Shown here: positions 50,801 to 64,000 of the stretch, piece after piece
Position numbering within the stretch: the stretch's first letter is position 1
Layout: each line of letters starts with the position of its first letter
Source: the human T2T-CHM13v2.0 reference genome, Homo sapiens
DNA: 64,000 nucleotides
Assembly: GCF_009914755.1 (NCBI RefSeq)
Contig: NC_060929.1
Strand: one strand, 5' to 3'
Notes under the pieces: model-generated
Seen by the model: the letters and a program-made list of their open reading frames with translations, nothing else
Database searches by the model: none
What the model was told of the DNA's origin: nothing
Position numbers and translations under genes: made by a program

Positions 50801-51521
50801 AAGTTAACATTAACATATATCCAACACTTGCAGACTCATCCATCTCTACTAGGAAATATTTCTATGCCTGGTTCAATAACATTTCTGGGCACTCTGTCAA
50901 ATACCTTATTGACTTACAGAAGCACTGTGGCTTCTAATCTATGAGATCTGTTTGGGGATAGGTGCAATAAATAAATAGATTGTTGTAATTAATAATAATC
51001 AATGTGTTATTGTAATTAACATTTAGATGACAATAAATAGCTTAACATCCATTATTTTGTCATAATAACATTTTCACTAATTCTAAGCAAAATTATGAGA
51101 AAATAATAATACCACATATCCTGTTCCAGGCCTCTTTACCATCTTACTTTTTTGCATCATCTACTTATGTTCAAATTTCTATGCCTTGTTTACTTTATGC
51201 CAGAATTTTGAATCTCATAAACTAATTAAATTTAAAAATAATAGAGATTCCAGTAACAATAAGTTGCCAGCTTTGTATTTTTCAAGTAAAGAGAATAAAA
51301 ATAAATCAACTCAATTATGATTGCTTTCATTTAATGAAATAAATATTTTTTATTAAAAACTAGAAAAACAATCTCAGAACATGAAAACATACACAAATTT
51401 ACCTTTATGAAAACTAATCACATTTGTTTATTTATTTTTCATTGACTCAAGAAAATATTTCCATAAACCATTTTTTGGCAATTACTGATCTAGACTTTGT
51501 TGTCAGTCAACAGAAAAAGAA

Positions 51522-52010
51522 ACATTCCATTTGCTCAAAACACATCCTGAAAAACTGCTATGTCAGGAATTGTGATAGGTGCTAGAGGGATGGAGATTTT
51601 GATAAGATATGCTTAGCTGGGGAGAAGTAACAGACGGGCAAACTGAAAATCAATTGCAATATAGAATAATGTTAAGTCTATGTCAGTGTCAACATAGGGT
51701 GCTATAAGCAGAGAGTAAGGACTACCATTTTGATTAAAGGATCGAGTGAAGTGTTCCAAGATAAAGTGAGGGCCAAGCTAAAATCTAAGTTATGATGACA
51801 ATAATGACTATGATTATGATGACAGTAGCAATCAGGAAGGAGGGAAAAGATGCAGAGAAGAAAAGATTGTTCAGATATTGGTAACAAGTAGTGAGACCAA
51901 GCACTGAGAAATACATTGGAATTTTGCAGTAACCTAGTTTATTATAAAGCACAGAATCCCGGAATAGGATTGATGAGATGTGAGAATAGAAACATGACTG
52001 AATTTGCTGA
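51522..52010 (-). mobile_element. L2 3' region
   Basis: CTGCTATGTCAGGAATTGTGATAGGTGCTAGAGG...CTTAGCTGGGGAGA...CATAGGGTGCTAT. Confidence 0.7.
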
Positions 52011-52149
52011 AGATAACAATGCGTACTTTCTATTTAGTTTCTACATGGCACTACAGCCATTCTTCATTTAAATTAATTTCATTCTTACACTTTTATTATA
52101 GTTAAGAACTTGTAAAACAGCAGTCTATCTTGTGAGAGAGAGACAGAAA

Positions 52150-52320
52150 CTCATTTAATCTTCAGAATATCTATAAAGTAGGTGTGTTATTATGGCAAAA
52201 CCAAGGCCCAAAGATAGAAAGATGCTACTAACTCGTTCAAATGATACAGCTGGTAAATGGTAGAACCTGGGTTGAAACCCAGTCATGTTCTAGAATCTCA
52301 GCTTTCAAACATCACATTAG
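52150..52320 (-). mobile_element. MIR
   Basis: CTCATTTAATCTTCAGAA...ACAGCTGGTAAATGGTAGAACCTGGGTTGAAACCCAG. Confidence 0.75.
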
Positions 52321-52499
52321 GCCATAAGAAATACATAGTATCTCCATTCTAAGATTTAAGAACTCATTTAAAAGCCCAACATTACTAAGTACAGAAAGTT
52401 CTAAAATTTAGGAACTCAGTTAAAAGCCCAAGATTAATAGGTCCAGTTAAAAGCCCATGATTTTAATGGACCTCAACTTCTGTGTTCTACAACTATGAG

Positions 52500-52740
52500 A
52501 AAGTAGCTCTGAACATTCTGAAGCCAGACTGACAGTGTTCACGTCTCAACTCAACTGCTTATTAACTGTGCCAGCCTGTAAAATTTCTCAGCCCTCCTAT
52601 GAGTCAATTTCTTCATCTACAAAAAAATCAATAGTAAAACACTTGCTGTGTAGGGTTGTTTTATGCATAAATAAGTTACTTTTAAAGATAATTTAGAAGA
52701 ATGCCTAGAATGATTGATAACGCCCAGTAAGAGTATCTAT
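52500..52740 (+). mobile_element. MIR
   Basis: CTGAAGCCAGACTG...CTGCTTATTAACTGTG...GTCAATTTCTTCATCTAC...TAGGGTTGTT...TTAGAAGAATGCCT. Confidence 0.75.
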
Positions 52741-53749
52741 TACAATATTGTTTTACACTGCTTCCTGAAGAACGGCAGGCTCTGCAATCATTCATTGTGA
52801 TTATGTACACTTTTACAGATGTATGATCAAAGAAACCATTTTTTAATATAAAACCACTCCTGAATACATTAAAAGAGCAAGTTGATCATTTGACTGGCTA
52901 TAGATCAATTCAAATATTAAGTTTTAAAATTAAATTATTAATTTATGTGTTTTGTTATTTTTTCTTTCTGTGTTTCATTGTTTAGATTTAAGATATTCAG
53001 GTATTAGTTTTAGCTAAAGGGGAATTTTAAGTGATGCCCTGTCTCTGCTGCTTATAGCTCTCAGATATGTGGCTTACTTTTCAAGAAGAAACCGGAGTCT
53101 CCAATTAGAGCAATATGACCTGTCAGACAAATGAACCATTTGCTGATTTCAGCAATAAGATGTTCTCAACTGATTTTGTTGTCACTTTTTCTTTTCTCCC
53201 TTATTTTAAGACTCCTTAACGAATTCAATGCAACAAAAAAAGTCAGCTGAAATTTGATGAGAAAAAATAAAGTAAGTTACTTCCCACGCAAATAAAATCT
53301 TAAACTTCACTAAATTTTATATCAACATTATCAGGTATAATTTATTTTCTAAGCCACCCTATAACCTCATAAACCTGTCTTTCACACATTATATCAATAT
53401 CCACAGATTTATGGATTGATTGCCTCTCTATTTTTTTCCTACAGTTTAATTTAGAAGTCAGGCAAATCCTGGGGTTTATTAAGTATCACAGAAGCTAGAT
53501 AAATTATGTTATGAATTGCTTAAAACTTTAAGAACTATCAAGCCTAGTACATTTCAAATGTAACTAAATTTTATGAAATATTGTCAATGTTGGCTTACCA
53601 AGTGCCTGACAATGGATGTGAATGCCACACACAATGGGCAAAAGATGTATTCCCAGTTAGCTGGGAAGAAATAAAAATAATTCAAGAAGTACACTAACAG
53701 TTAACATATTTTTAATAACAAGGAAAGAATATAATGATAGCCTTTCTTA

Positions 53750-54061
<312 letters not shown>

Positions 54062-56310
54062 TCAAACAAAAAAATCTTTATGTAACATTGATTATGTGTC
54101 AGGTGTATGTTGGACACTAGCAATACACAGAATAATAAAAAAAAGCACCTGCCCTGAAGTAACAATTATATTTCCACTATTTTATAAATCTGAAATTCAA
54201 ATGATCACTTTACCTAATATCCAATTATACTTAATTCAACTAGCAATAGTCAAAGTATTTATTGGTTGATATCAGTTAATCTTTAAATAATATTTATTCT
54301 TCTTTTAAAAAGATTATATAAAGTTAAATCCATTGACTTTTTAATAAAATTATGCCTCTTTCAGGTTAACAAATACACGCTTAAAAACTTGGTATCAGTA
54401 GTTTGACCTTCCGTATGTCCAGGATCAGGAGTTATTACCAGTTAATTATATAATTCTTGGCTAATGGGGAAATGAATTGAGTGTCTCCTCTTTTGTATGG
54501 GCAGTTGTTTTTCCCTTTAGAAGAAAATCTTATTCTCAATTAGAAGCTATCAGATAAGTCATTTCCAAGGTGAAGTATGGCTAAATGCATGCATTAGCAT
54601 TACAAACTGCTCAATAGAATTTTCTAGATAAAGTCCTTGCTCCTAAATTACAATGTAATTACCTAAATTACAATGTTCTTTCGGCTTCTGCACTGAAGCC
54701 AACATTTTCTCCTTATGCATATAAAAGAAAACAGCAGTTAATATGATATGCTGGGTAAAATACTCCTGTTGTCATCATCTATAAGTGTCACCTTTTTAAA
54801 ATGTCCTTTTGCACTCATCTGACAGGAGTAGCCATTTAAGAATATTTTAGAGAATTGTAATTAACCCTTCTTTTCATTTCCTTAAAGAAATTTATTTTAG
54901 AAAGTATTTCAAGATGGCTTTTCTTTTCAAAAGGAGAAACTCAAAAGCATCTGAATGAATTAGAGGGCTACATAATCATTATCTACAAAAATGGAGATTT
55001 AGATATGCCATTTCATTCACTGTAAATTATGTCTCTGTGATTTGTCTGGAAAGGAAATTGCTCATCAATTTAAGATTATGTTTGCCCCTCTTATAGAGAC
55101 AAGTAGAGACACATATGCTACATTAGAGATGAAGTAGGACAGGAAACCCAAAAATTTTATTATAAGCCCCATATTGAATTTAATAGGACAGTCGTGCATG
55201 GCATAAATGAGATTTGAATGCTTTTTGAATACAGGCACTTTTTTTTCTTTTATGACATTGCAAACGAATAGTTTATGCATCAATTGCTATGGGATGATTT
55301 AGACAGTTGAGAAAAATGTTCACGATTATCTTAACATGGCATTCAATTGTGTCAGCTCTCTTTCAACAAAAAGCATTTGTGTTTCTACATCCAGAGAAAT
55401 AACAGGGCAATTTTTCTCATCATGAGAACTGGAACTGTTTTCTCTAATGTTACAAAAGAAATGTTTATCTTGCTCTGAACCACTGCACTAACTGCAAATA
55501 GGTAGAGTAAGTTTCTACTATTTATTACTCAGAGAAGGAGAATATGCTGGCAAACGTGTCCCTCCTTCATCAGTTACCTCCATTAGGAGGAGCTCTAACA
55601 ATATTTGGCCTAGCTGGGTTTAACTTGGCAAGCGTTAGAAGCTACTCATTTTCACAGTGCTGCAAAACATACTGAATTTTAAAACCCAGAACACACACAT
55701 TTTCTGTCATTTCTTTCTCCATGTAACTGCAAAGTGTTTATCTCAGAGTCTACACACTTCTTTGGTTCCGTTGAAACATGCTAAGAGGGCTTCTTCAAGC
55801 ACATTCAGCTCAACAAAGTACTAAGTCTACTTTTCAAAAGCACTTAGAGATGGTGTTGGAAAATTACAGCTTAAAAAGAAGACGAGAAATCTAAGAAGCA
55901 AGCTAAGCAGGGGACAACTTACAATAATTGTATGCAAATACATTTTCAAATTTAGTTCTGATTTTCATATAATGCAATAATTAATACAATATTTTGAACT
56001 CATCAGGTACTGAAACTGTTCTAAGAATTTGCCATAACTTACTTATTTCTAAGTAATTTATGATGTATCTAAAATTCAGAAAGTTAAGTAAAAAAAGTCT
56101 CACATGAGTGAAGACATAATAATTGGTCCAAAACCTGGGAGATCAGAACACTGGCTGCAGGGAAATTGACAGAAAGAGATTTGAAATTGTTCAGAACAAG
56201 AAGTGACAGTCTTGAGAGAGGACTGCTTCTGAAGGAGGACCAGGCATACCTTGGAAACTAGGAGGCAAAGGGAATGAATAAAACAGATAGTAGAAATTAA
56301 AGTTCCCTAG

Positions 56311-56441
56311 GGCTGGGCACAGTGGCTACCACCTGTAATCACAGGGTTTGGAAGGCTGAGGTGGGTGGATTGCTTGAGTCCAGGAGTTCCAGACCAGCAT
56401 GGGCAACATGGCACAACCCCATCTCTATTAAAAAGAAAAAA
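56311..56441 (+). mobile_element. FLAM_C / free left Alu monomer
   Basis: Single monomer with A tail; 16-bp TSD AGAAATTAAAGTTCCC (56292-56307) vs AGAAATTAAAGTTGCC (56442-56457). Confidence 0.9.
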
Positions 56442-56859
56442 AGAAATTAAAGTTGCCACAAAACAAAAGAAAAAAAATAAAAAAAATCAACAACATACCT
56501 AATATCCTCTACTAAAATAAACACTGCCTATTAAAGATACTACACTTCACTGTATAGCTGATTAAGGCGGTTCTGAAATTGGGAACTTAGTGAATTACCC
56601 TTTACTTTCATTAGAACACTACAACAAATTGCCATTGATAGTGTTTTTACTCTGGACTATCACACGTGTTTTATCAGCCTGAAACACTTTCTGCAATTGC
56701 TTCCAGATGGAAAACCTTACTTATCTTTTTATATTAGCCCGAGTATCATTTCCTTTCTTCCTCTGCTGCCAAATTTTATGTGACTTTCTATGTGATCCTG
56801 TGGTAGTATATATTTTCCCATCCTCGTTCTTGCCACACTGCATTGCAGCTGTCTTCTTA

Positions 56860-56975
56860 CCCCTCTCTCTTTCCCCATTAGGCTGTAAGACCCTTGAGTG
56901 CAGAAGCCACACCTTTTTTATTTACTGATTTTGGCCCCAGTGCCTGGTAGGCACACTAAATATTGTTTGAAAAAA
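56860..56975 (+). mobile_element. L2 3' end
   Basis: CCCCATTAGGCTGTAAGACCCTTGAGTGCAG...CCCCAGTGCCTGGTAGGCACACTAAATATTG. Confidence 0.75.
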
Positions 56976-57410
56976 CTAATGATGTCCTAAGTTAGTAAAG
57001 TGTAAAGATTCATCAATGAATATCAAGTGCAAAGAATCTCATGTTTCAAATTCCCAGAGAAGGTTTGATCAAAGTATATGATAAATATAAGCACACATGG
57101 AAGAGGTACTGAGCTAGAAAAACAGTGCATTTAAAAATTTGTTCCATATCATTGGAAATTTGCTTGGAGCTAAAAACAACACAGTAGATAAGTTAGTATT
57201 AATTAAACTACTTTCTGGTACAATAGAGTTTAACTTTAATTAGGTTTTGTTTTCCTCGTCTGATAATAACCTAATTTGTCTTCTTCTCTCACCTTTCTTT
57301 TTTCACCAAAATTTCATGCGACCTATTAACTACAACACAATAACTTAAAATGCATCTTGTGGTGTTAATTTCAAATTTAACAAGTTTATGTTACTGAAGA
57401 TCTTTAAGTA

Positions 57411-57747
57411 CAGTAGTCCTCTTATTTATGGAGGATACAGTCCAAGGCCCCCAGTGGGTGCCTGAAAGGACAGGTAATGTCATACTATGTGTTTTTTTTT
57501 TTGTCTTATACATACATACCTATGATAAAGTTTAGTTTATATATTAGGCACAGCAAGAGACTAACAACAATAACAATAAATTAGAACAATTATAACAACA
57601 TAATGTGATAAAAGTTATGTGAATGTGGTCTTTTTCTCTCTCTCTCAAAAGATCTTATTAACCATACTCACTTATTTTTTGGATCACAGGTGACTGTAGG
57701 AATCTGAAAGTGTGGAAGGTGAAACCATGGATAAGAGGGGATTACTG
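57411..57747 (+). mobile_element. MER44A (Tigger7-derived MITE), full length
   Basis: TIRs CAGTAGTCCTCTTAT / ATAAGAGGGGATTACTG, TA TSDs, CATACCTATGATAAAGTTT core. Confidence 0.9.
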
Positions 57748-57957
57748 TATCATTGACTTAAAAGTTCAATAGACATGAACCTCTAGGTTTCATTAAAAAA
57801 TCAAACGTGGGAGAAACAATATAGGCGTTTTGAATTTATTAAATTGAAGTATATTTGCAAAGAAAATAGCATTCAAATTCCAACACTTCTACTCATGCAT
57901 GTAAATATAACACAACCACCATGATTCTGTAAAAAGCAACTCTAGGTTGCTCTTTTT

Positions 57958-58103
57958 TAGGAACACTAAATATTGTTAAAAGAAATTAATGATGTCTTAA
58001 ATTACTAAAGTGTAAAGACTGATCAATGAATATCAAGTACAAAGAATCCCATGTTTCAAATTCTCAGGGAATGTTTGACTGAAATATATGATAAACTTAA
58101 GCA
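57958..58103 (+). repeat. Dispersed direct copy of 56948-57093 (146 bp, ~85% identical, ungapped)
   Basis: Manual alignment at offset 1010, about 21 mismatches. Confidence 0.93.
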
Positions 58104-58269
58104 ACTCTAGGTTGCTTTTGGTAGAAAATATTTGCTAAAAGACACCATAGTATTTCTTAGTTACAAAAATCATGTTAGTCATAACACCATGACCCTGTAC
58201 CCCCAAATATTTTCAACTTGCATTTTAAATGTCTCAGCATTTTTCGTCTACTATATGTACTCAAATTAT

Positions 58270-60790
<2,521 letters not shown>

Positions 60791-60824
60791 GTAGTGCTAC
60801 CACCGTGGTGAATGGAATAGACAT

Positions 60825-61455
60825 GGGCCAAGTGGTAAGCCAGCTAATATATGCTTGTGAGAATTGATTACTACCCTTTCAAACATTTTGCGAGGCAGCT
60901 GACATCATGTTAGTAGCTTCATTTTAGCCAAGATGACAGTATTAATAGCATGTAAATTGGCAAGCACCATGATATGGTTTGGATCTGTGTTCCTGCCCAA
61001 ATCTCATGTCCAGTTGTAATTCCCAGTGTTGGATATGGAGCCTGGTGAGAGGTGATTGGATCTTGGGGGTGGGCCTTCATGAATGATTTAACACCATCTC
61101 CTTGGTCTCCTTGGTGCTGTTCTAGTGAGTGAGTTATCAAGAGATCTGGTTGTTTAAAAGTGTGTGGCACCTCCCCCATCTCCCTCTTGCTCCAGCTCCT
61201 GCCAGTTAAGACATGCTGGCTTCTCCATCATGGCTTTCCGTCATGATTCTAAATTTCTGAAGGCCTCCCCAGAAGCCACGCAGATGTCAGCCTCATGCTT
61301 CCTGTACAGCTTACAGAACCCTGAACCAATTTAATCTCTTTTATTTATAAACTACCCAGTCTCATGCATGTTTTTATAGCAATGCAAGATGGGACTAACA
61401 CACACCACAAATCAAAAATTTGTTGAGGCCCATTGTAAAACATTTACCAGTACTT
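60825..61455 (+). mobile_element. MER63-like (hAT-Blackjack) element split by MSTA
   Basis: TGACATCATGTTAGTAGCTT...AAATTGGCAAGCACCA|CAAATCA...TTGTAAAACATTTACCAG. Confidence 0.7.
60970..61402 (+). mobile_element. MSTA MaLR solo LTR
   Basis: TGATATGGTTTGGATCTGTG...GACTAACACA with a perfect 5-bp TSD CACCA (60965-60969, 61403-61407). Confidence 0.93.
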
Positions 61456-61509
61456 ACAAACATTTACCAATATGTTACTATGTGGATACTTGTTTTAATA
61501 AAAGTGTGG

Positions 61510-62150
61510 ATCAATGTAGAAGGCAGACGGAAACAAGTAAATTTATAATTGTAAAATAAGAAAATTGTAGAGAGGAAAGGAGAAGAGTAGTGTGATAGGG
61601 AAAAACAATAAAGACTTCTTAGAAGAGACATTTGATTTGAGATCTGAAAGCTGAGAAAGAAAATCATGTGTGGGTTTGGATATGATTGTGAGTTAGAGGA
61701 GTACATCAGTTTGAATGTGAGAATGTTTCAGGAGGAAAAAACAGCAGTAAGTTAAGGGATGGGGGGATCTTGGAAATTCTGAGGAAAAGAAAGGAGGCTG
61801 GTATTCCAAGACAATAGTCAATGAGGGTTAAAGTGGCATAGAATGTGGTTGGAAGGGAAAACCAGGTCAGATCTTACACTACATGCAGTGGAAAGCTCAT
61901 TGAAATTCTTCAACTTGGGATGACATGATACAATTTACATTTTAGAAGATCCTTTTGTGCTGCTGTGTGGATTATCTGTGAGCAAGATTGAAAGCAAGGG
62001 TATCATTTAGGGTAATATTAACAGAGGTTCTCTTGGTGAGACTTGATGGTATTTTGACCTACACTACTAAGATTAGAGGTTTAGAGGATTGGATGTTAAA
62101 CACAGAGAGAATTTGGAGATAGTTTGGATGGATGTGTGTGATAGGAGGAA
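61510..62150 (-). mobile_element. L2a fragment
   Basis: GACATTTGATTTGAGATCTGAA...GAATGTTTCAGG...TGACATGATACAATTTACATTTTAGAAGATC...GCTGCTGTGTGG. Confidence 0.8.
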
Positions 62151-62229
62151 GTATATACTTTTTTATTTTTGTATTTTATAATTAGTGTAACTATTTGTAT
62201 ATTTTTTCTAACCGTAGATGAGTAGATTG

Positions 62230-62480
62230 TACATGTAGGGTGAACAAGAACATCAGCTCTGAACTCAGTCTGTCTGGTTTGAAATCCTCCCTGTGGTACT
62301 TATTGTTCATTGGAATTTCAGAGGTAATTTAATCTCGATGTGATTCACTTTTTCTTCTTGGGAAGATAAGAGTGCTAATACTATAATACTACCTATCATG
62401 TGGGTTACTGGGAGGATTAAGTGAAAATTCAGCTAATGTTTTTAACAGAGGCTTGTATTTAGTATTTAGTGAAATGAAGT
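62230..62480 (+). mobile_element. MIR
   Basis: GCTCTGAACTCAGTCTGTCTGGTTTGAAATCC...TACTACCTATCATGTGGGTTACTGGGAGGATTAAGTG. Confidence 0.7.
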
Positions 62481-62973
62481 ATATTAGAGAAAAGCATTTA
62501 TTAAACATATGAGAAGTTACCACCAATACTATCAGTGAAATCAGGAAGGAGCTTGTAAAAAGATGGTACTTTAAATAACACTGGACTACCAGAAAACAAT
62601 GGGCAGGTTAATAAAGCAGGTGGGACAGAAGTGAAATCCATTGATTTAATTGAAGGAAAAAAAAACTAATCATCTTGAACATAATTACATATTAACCTCA
62701 GTTAAAAATATCTTTAGCCCATAAGGCACTCTTGTAAGTTTCCAATAATACAGATTAAAGTAAAAAAAAAGTATTTAATATCAATTCATTTGTTTACTAT
62801 CAATGCATTAATTTAATATCAATGCATTTTGTGAAAATTTTTATGTAGATGAATGATGATGAAGTGCTCTTACTACAAATCACAGTCTGAAAAGCCACCC
62901 TATGTGTATGGTTTACTCTCCACAGTACTCTTAGCAGTGCAGTTGGAAAGTTTCTATCAAAATTTCCTAAAAT

Positions 62974-63281
62974 AGCCGTGCGCAGTGGCTCATGCCTGTA
63001 ATCCCAGCACTTTGGGAGGCAGGCGATTGCCTGAGCTCAGGAGTTCGAGACCAGCCTGGCTAGCATATGAAACCCCGTCTCTACTAAAAGTACAAAAATT
63101 AGCTGGGCGTGGCAGTGGACGCCTGTAGTCCCAGCTACTCGGGAGGCTGAGGCAGGAGAATCTCTTGAACCTGGGAGGCAGAGGAGTTGCAATGAGCCCA
63201 AGATTGCCCCACTGCACTCCAGCCTGGGCAACAGAGCAAGACACCGTCTCAAAATAATAATAATAATAATAATAACAAAAT
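62974..63281 (+). mobile_element. AluS (Sg7-like diagnostics) with (AAT)n tail
   Basis: GATTGCCTGAGCTCAGG; TSD AAAATTTCCTAAAA (62959-62972) vs AAAGTTTCCTAAAA (63282-63295). Confidence 0.93.
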
Positions 63282-63614
63282 AAAGTTTCCTAAAAGGTAA
63301 ACATATTTTGGTTGAAACTGAGTAGTCATGACCCCTTTCTGCCGGGATGTGTGATAGTCAAATAGCAACTTCCCTCATTTGGGCTTCATCCTATTCATGT
63401 TACACCCTGGTTCTTTAAAAAAAATAACTGTGCAATGCTTTTTTTTTCACATCTTTCTCTCTGTATTTTTTTTTATTATGTACCCGAGGAGGTGGCTGTA
63501 TTTATTTAATAGTAAAAGACATGAAAGGAACATACACTCATAGTTCCACACTGATAGCAGTTCAATACTAGGGCTCTGTAATATCTGGAGCAACAGTAAA
63601 TAAATAACAATTAT

Positions 63615-64000
63615 CAATGGTCTTTGTGATTTCTTCACATAACCATAGATTATTCAGAAACATGATGTTTAAATATATGGAGACTTTTAAAGATATCTAA
63701 TTGTTATTGATTTCTAATTTAATATTCTTTTGGCAAGAGAATATACTCTATTTTAACCCTTTAAAATATATTAAGACATTTTTATTGCTCACTATGTAGC
63801 CTGCATTCATAAATATTACCCCATGCTTTTGAATAGAACACCTATCAAGCAGCTGTTGGATGTCATGTTCTAAAATGTGGATTAGAAAAAGTCATTGATG
63901 GTGGTTTTCAAATCTTCAATTCTTTTGGATTTTTGTATGTTTATTTTATCAAATACTAAGAAATGGTATTAAAATTTCTAGCTATGATTCCCTATTTTTC
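63615..64000 (-). mobile_element. Old L1M ORF2 (endonuclease-region) fragment, running off the window
   Basis: TTGTTATTGATTTCTAATTTAAT...AGAGAATATACTCT...CCATGCTTTTGAATAGAA; homologous to 30900-31200. Confidence 0.75.

Overview
AT-rich, CpG-depleted genomic DNA from a human or other anthropoid primate (AluJ/AluS, THE1B, MSTA, MLT2A1, HSMAR2 and L1PA are present). I recognise no host protein-coding exon, RNA gene or CpG-island promoter. The ORFs in the track are Alu/L1/LTR/DNA-transposon read-throughs or chance ORFs; the only real protein homology is to decayed L1 ORF1/ORF2, Tigger1 and HSMAR2 transposases. A large share of the window is transposon fossil: a ~10-kb nested L1 complex (24.9-34.8 kb), essentially full-length Tigger1, HSMAR2, Tigger2b, Charlie1a and MER44A, several MaLR/ERVL LTRs, and many MIR/L2 remnants. 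I see no evidence of a new gene system. The most interesting signals are rearrangement scars: (i) an apparent ancient L1 3' transduction carrying an older L1MB fragment into an L1PA16; (ii) two templated insertions copied from 1.0-1.3 kb away; (iii) several tandem duplications whose junction bases complete hairpins; (iv) a THE1B provirus collapsed by an internal deletion. Repeat subfamily names are from recall of consensus sequences and boundaries of old elements are approximate; confirm them with RepeatMasker/Dfam.
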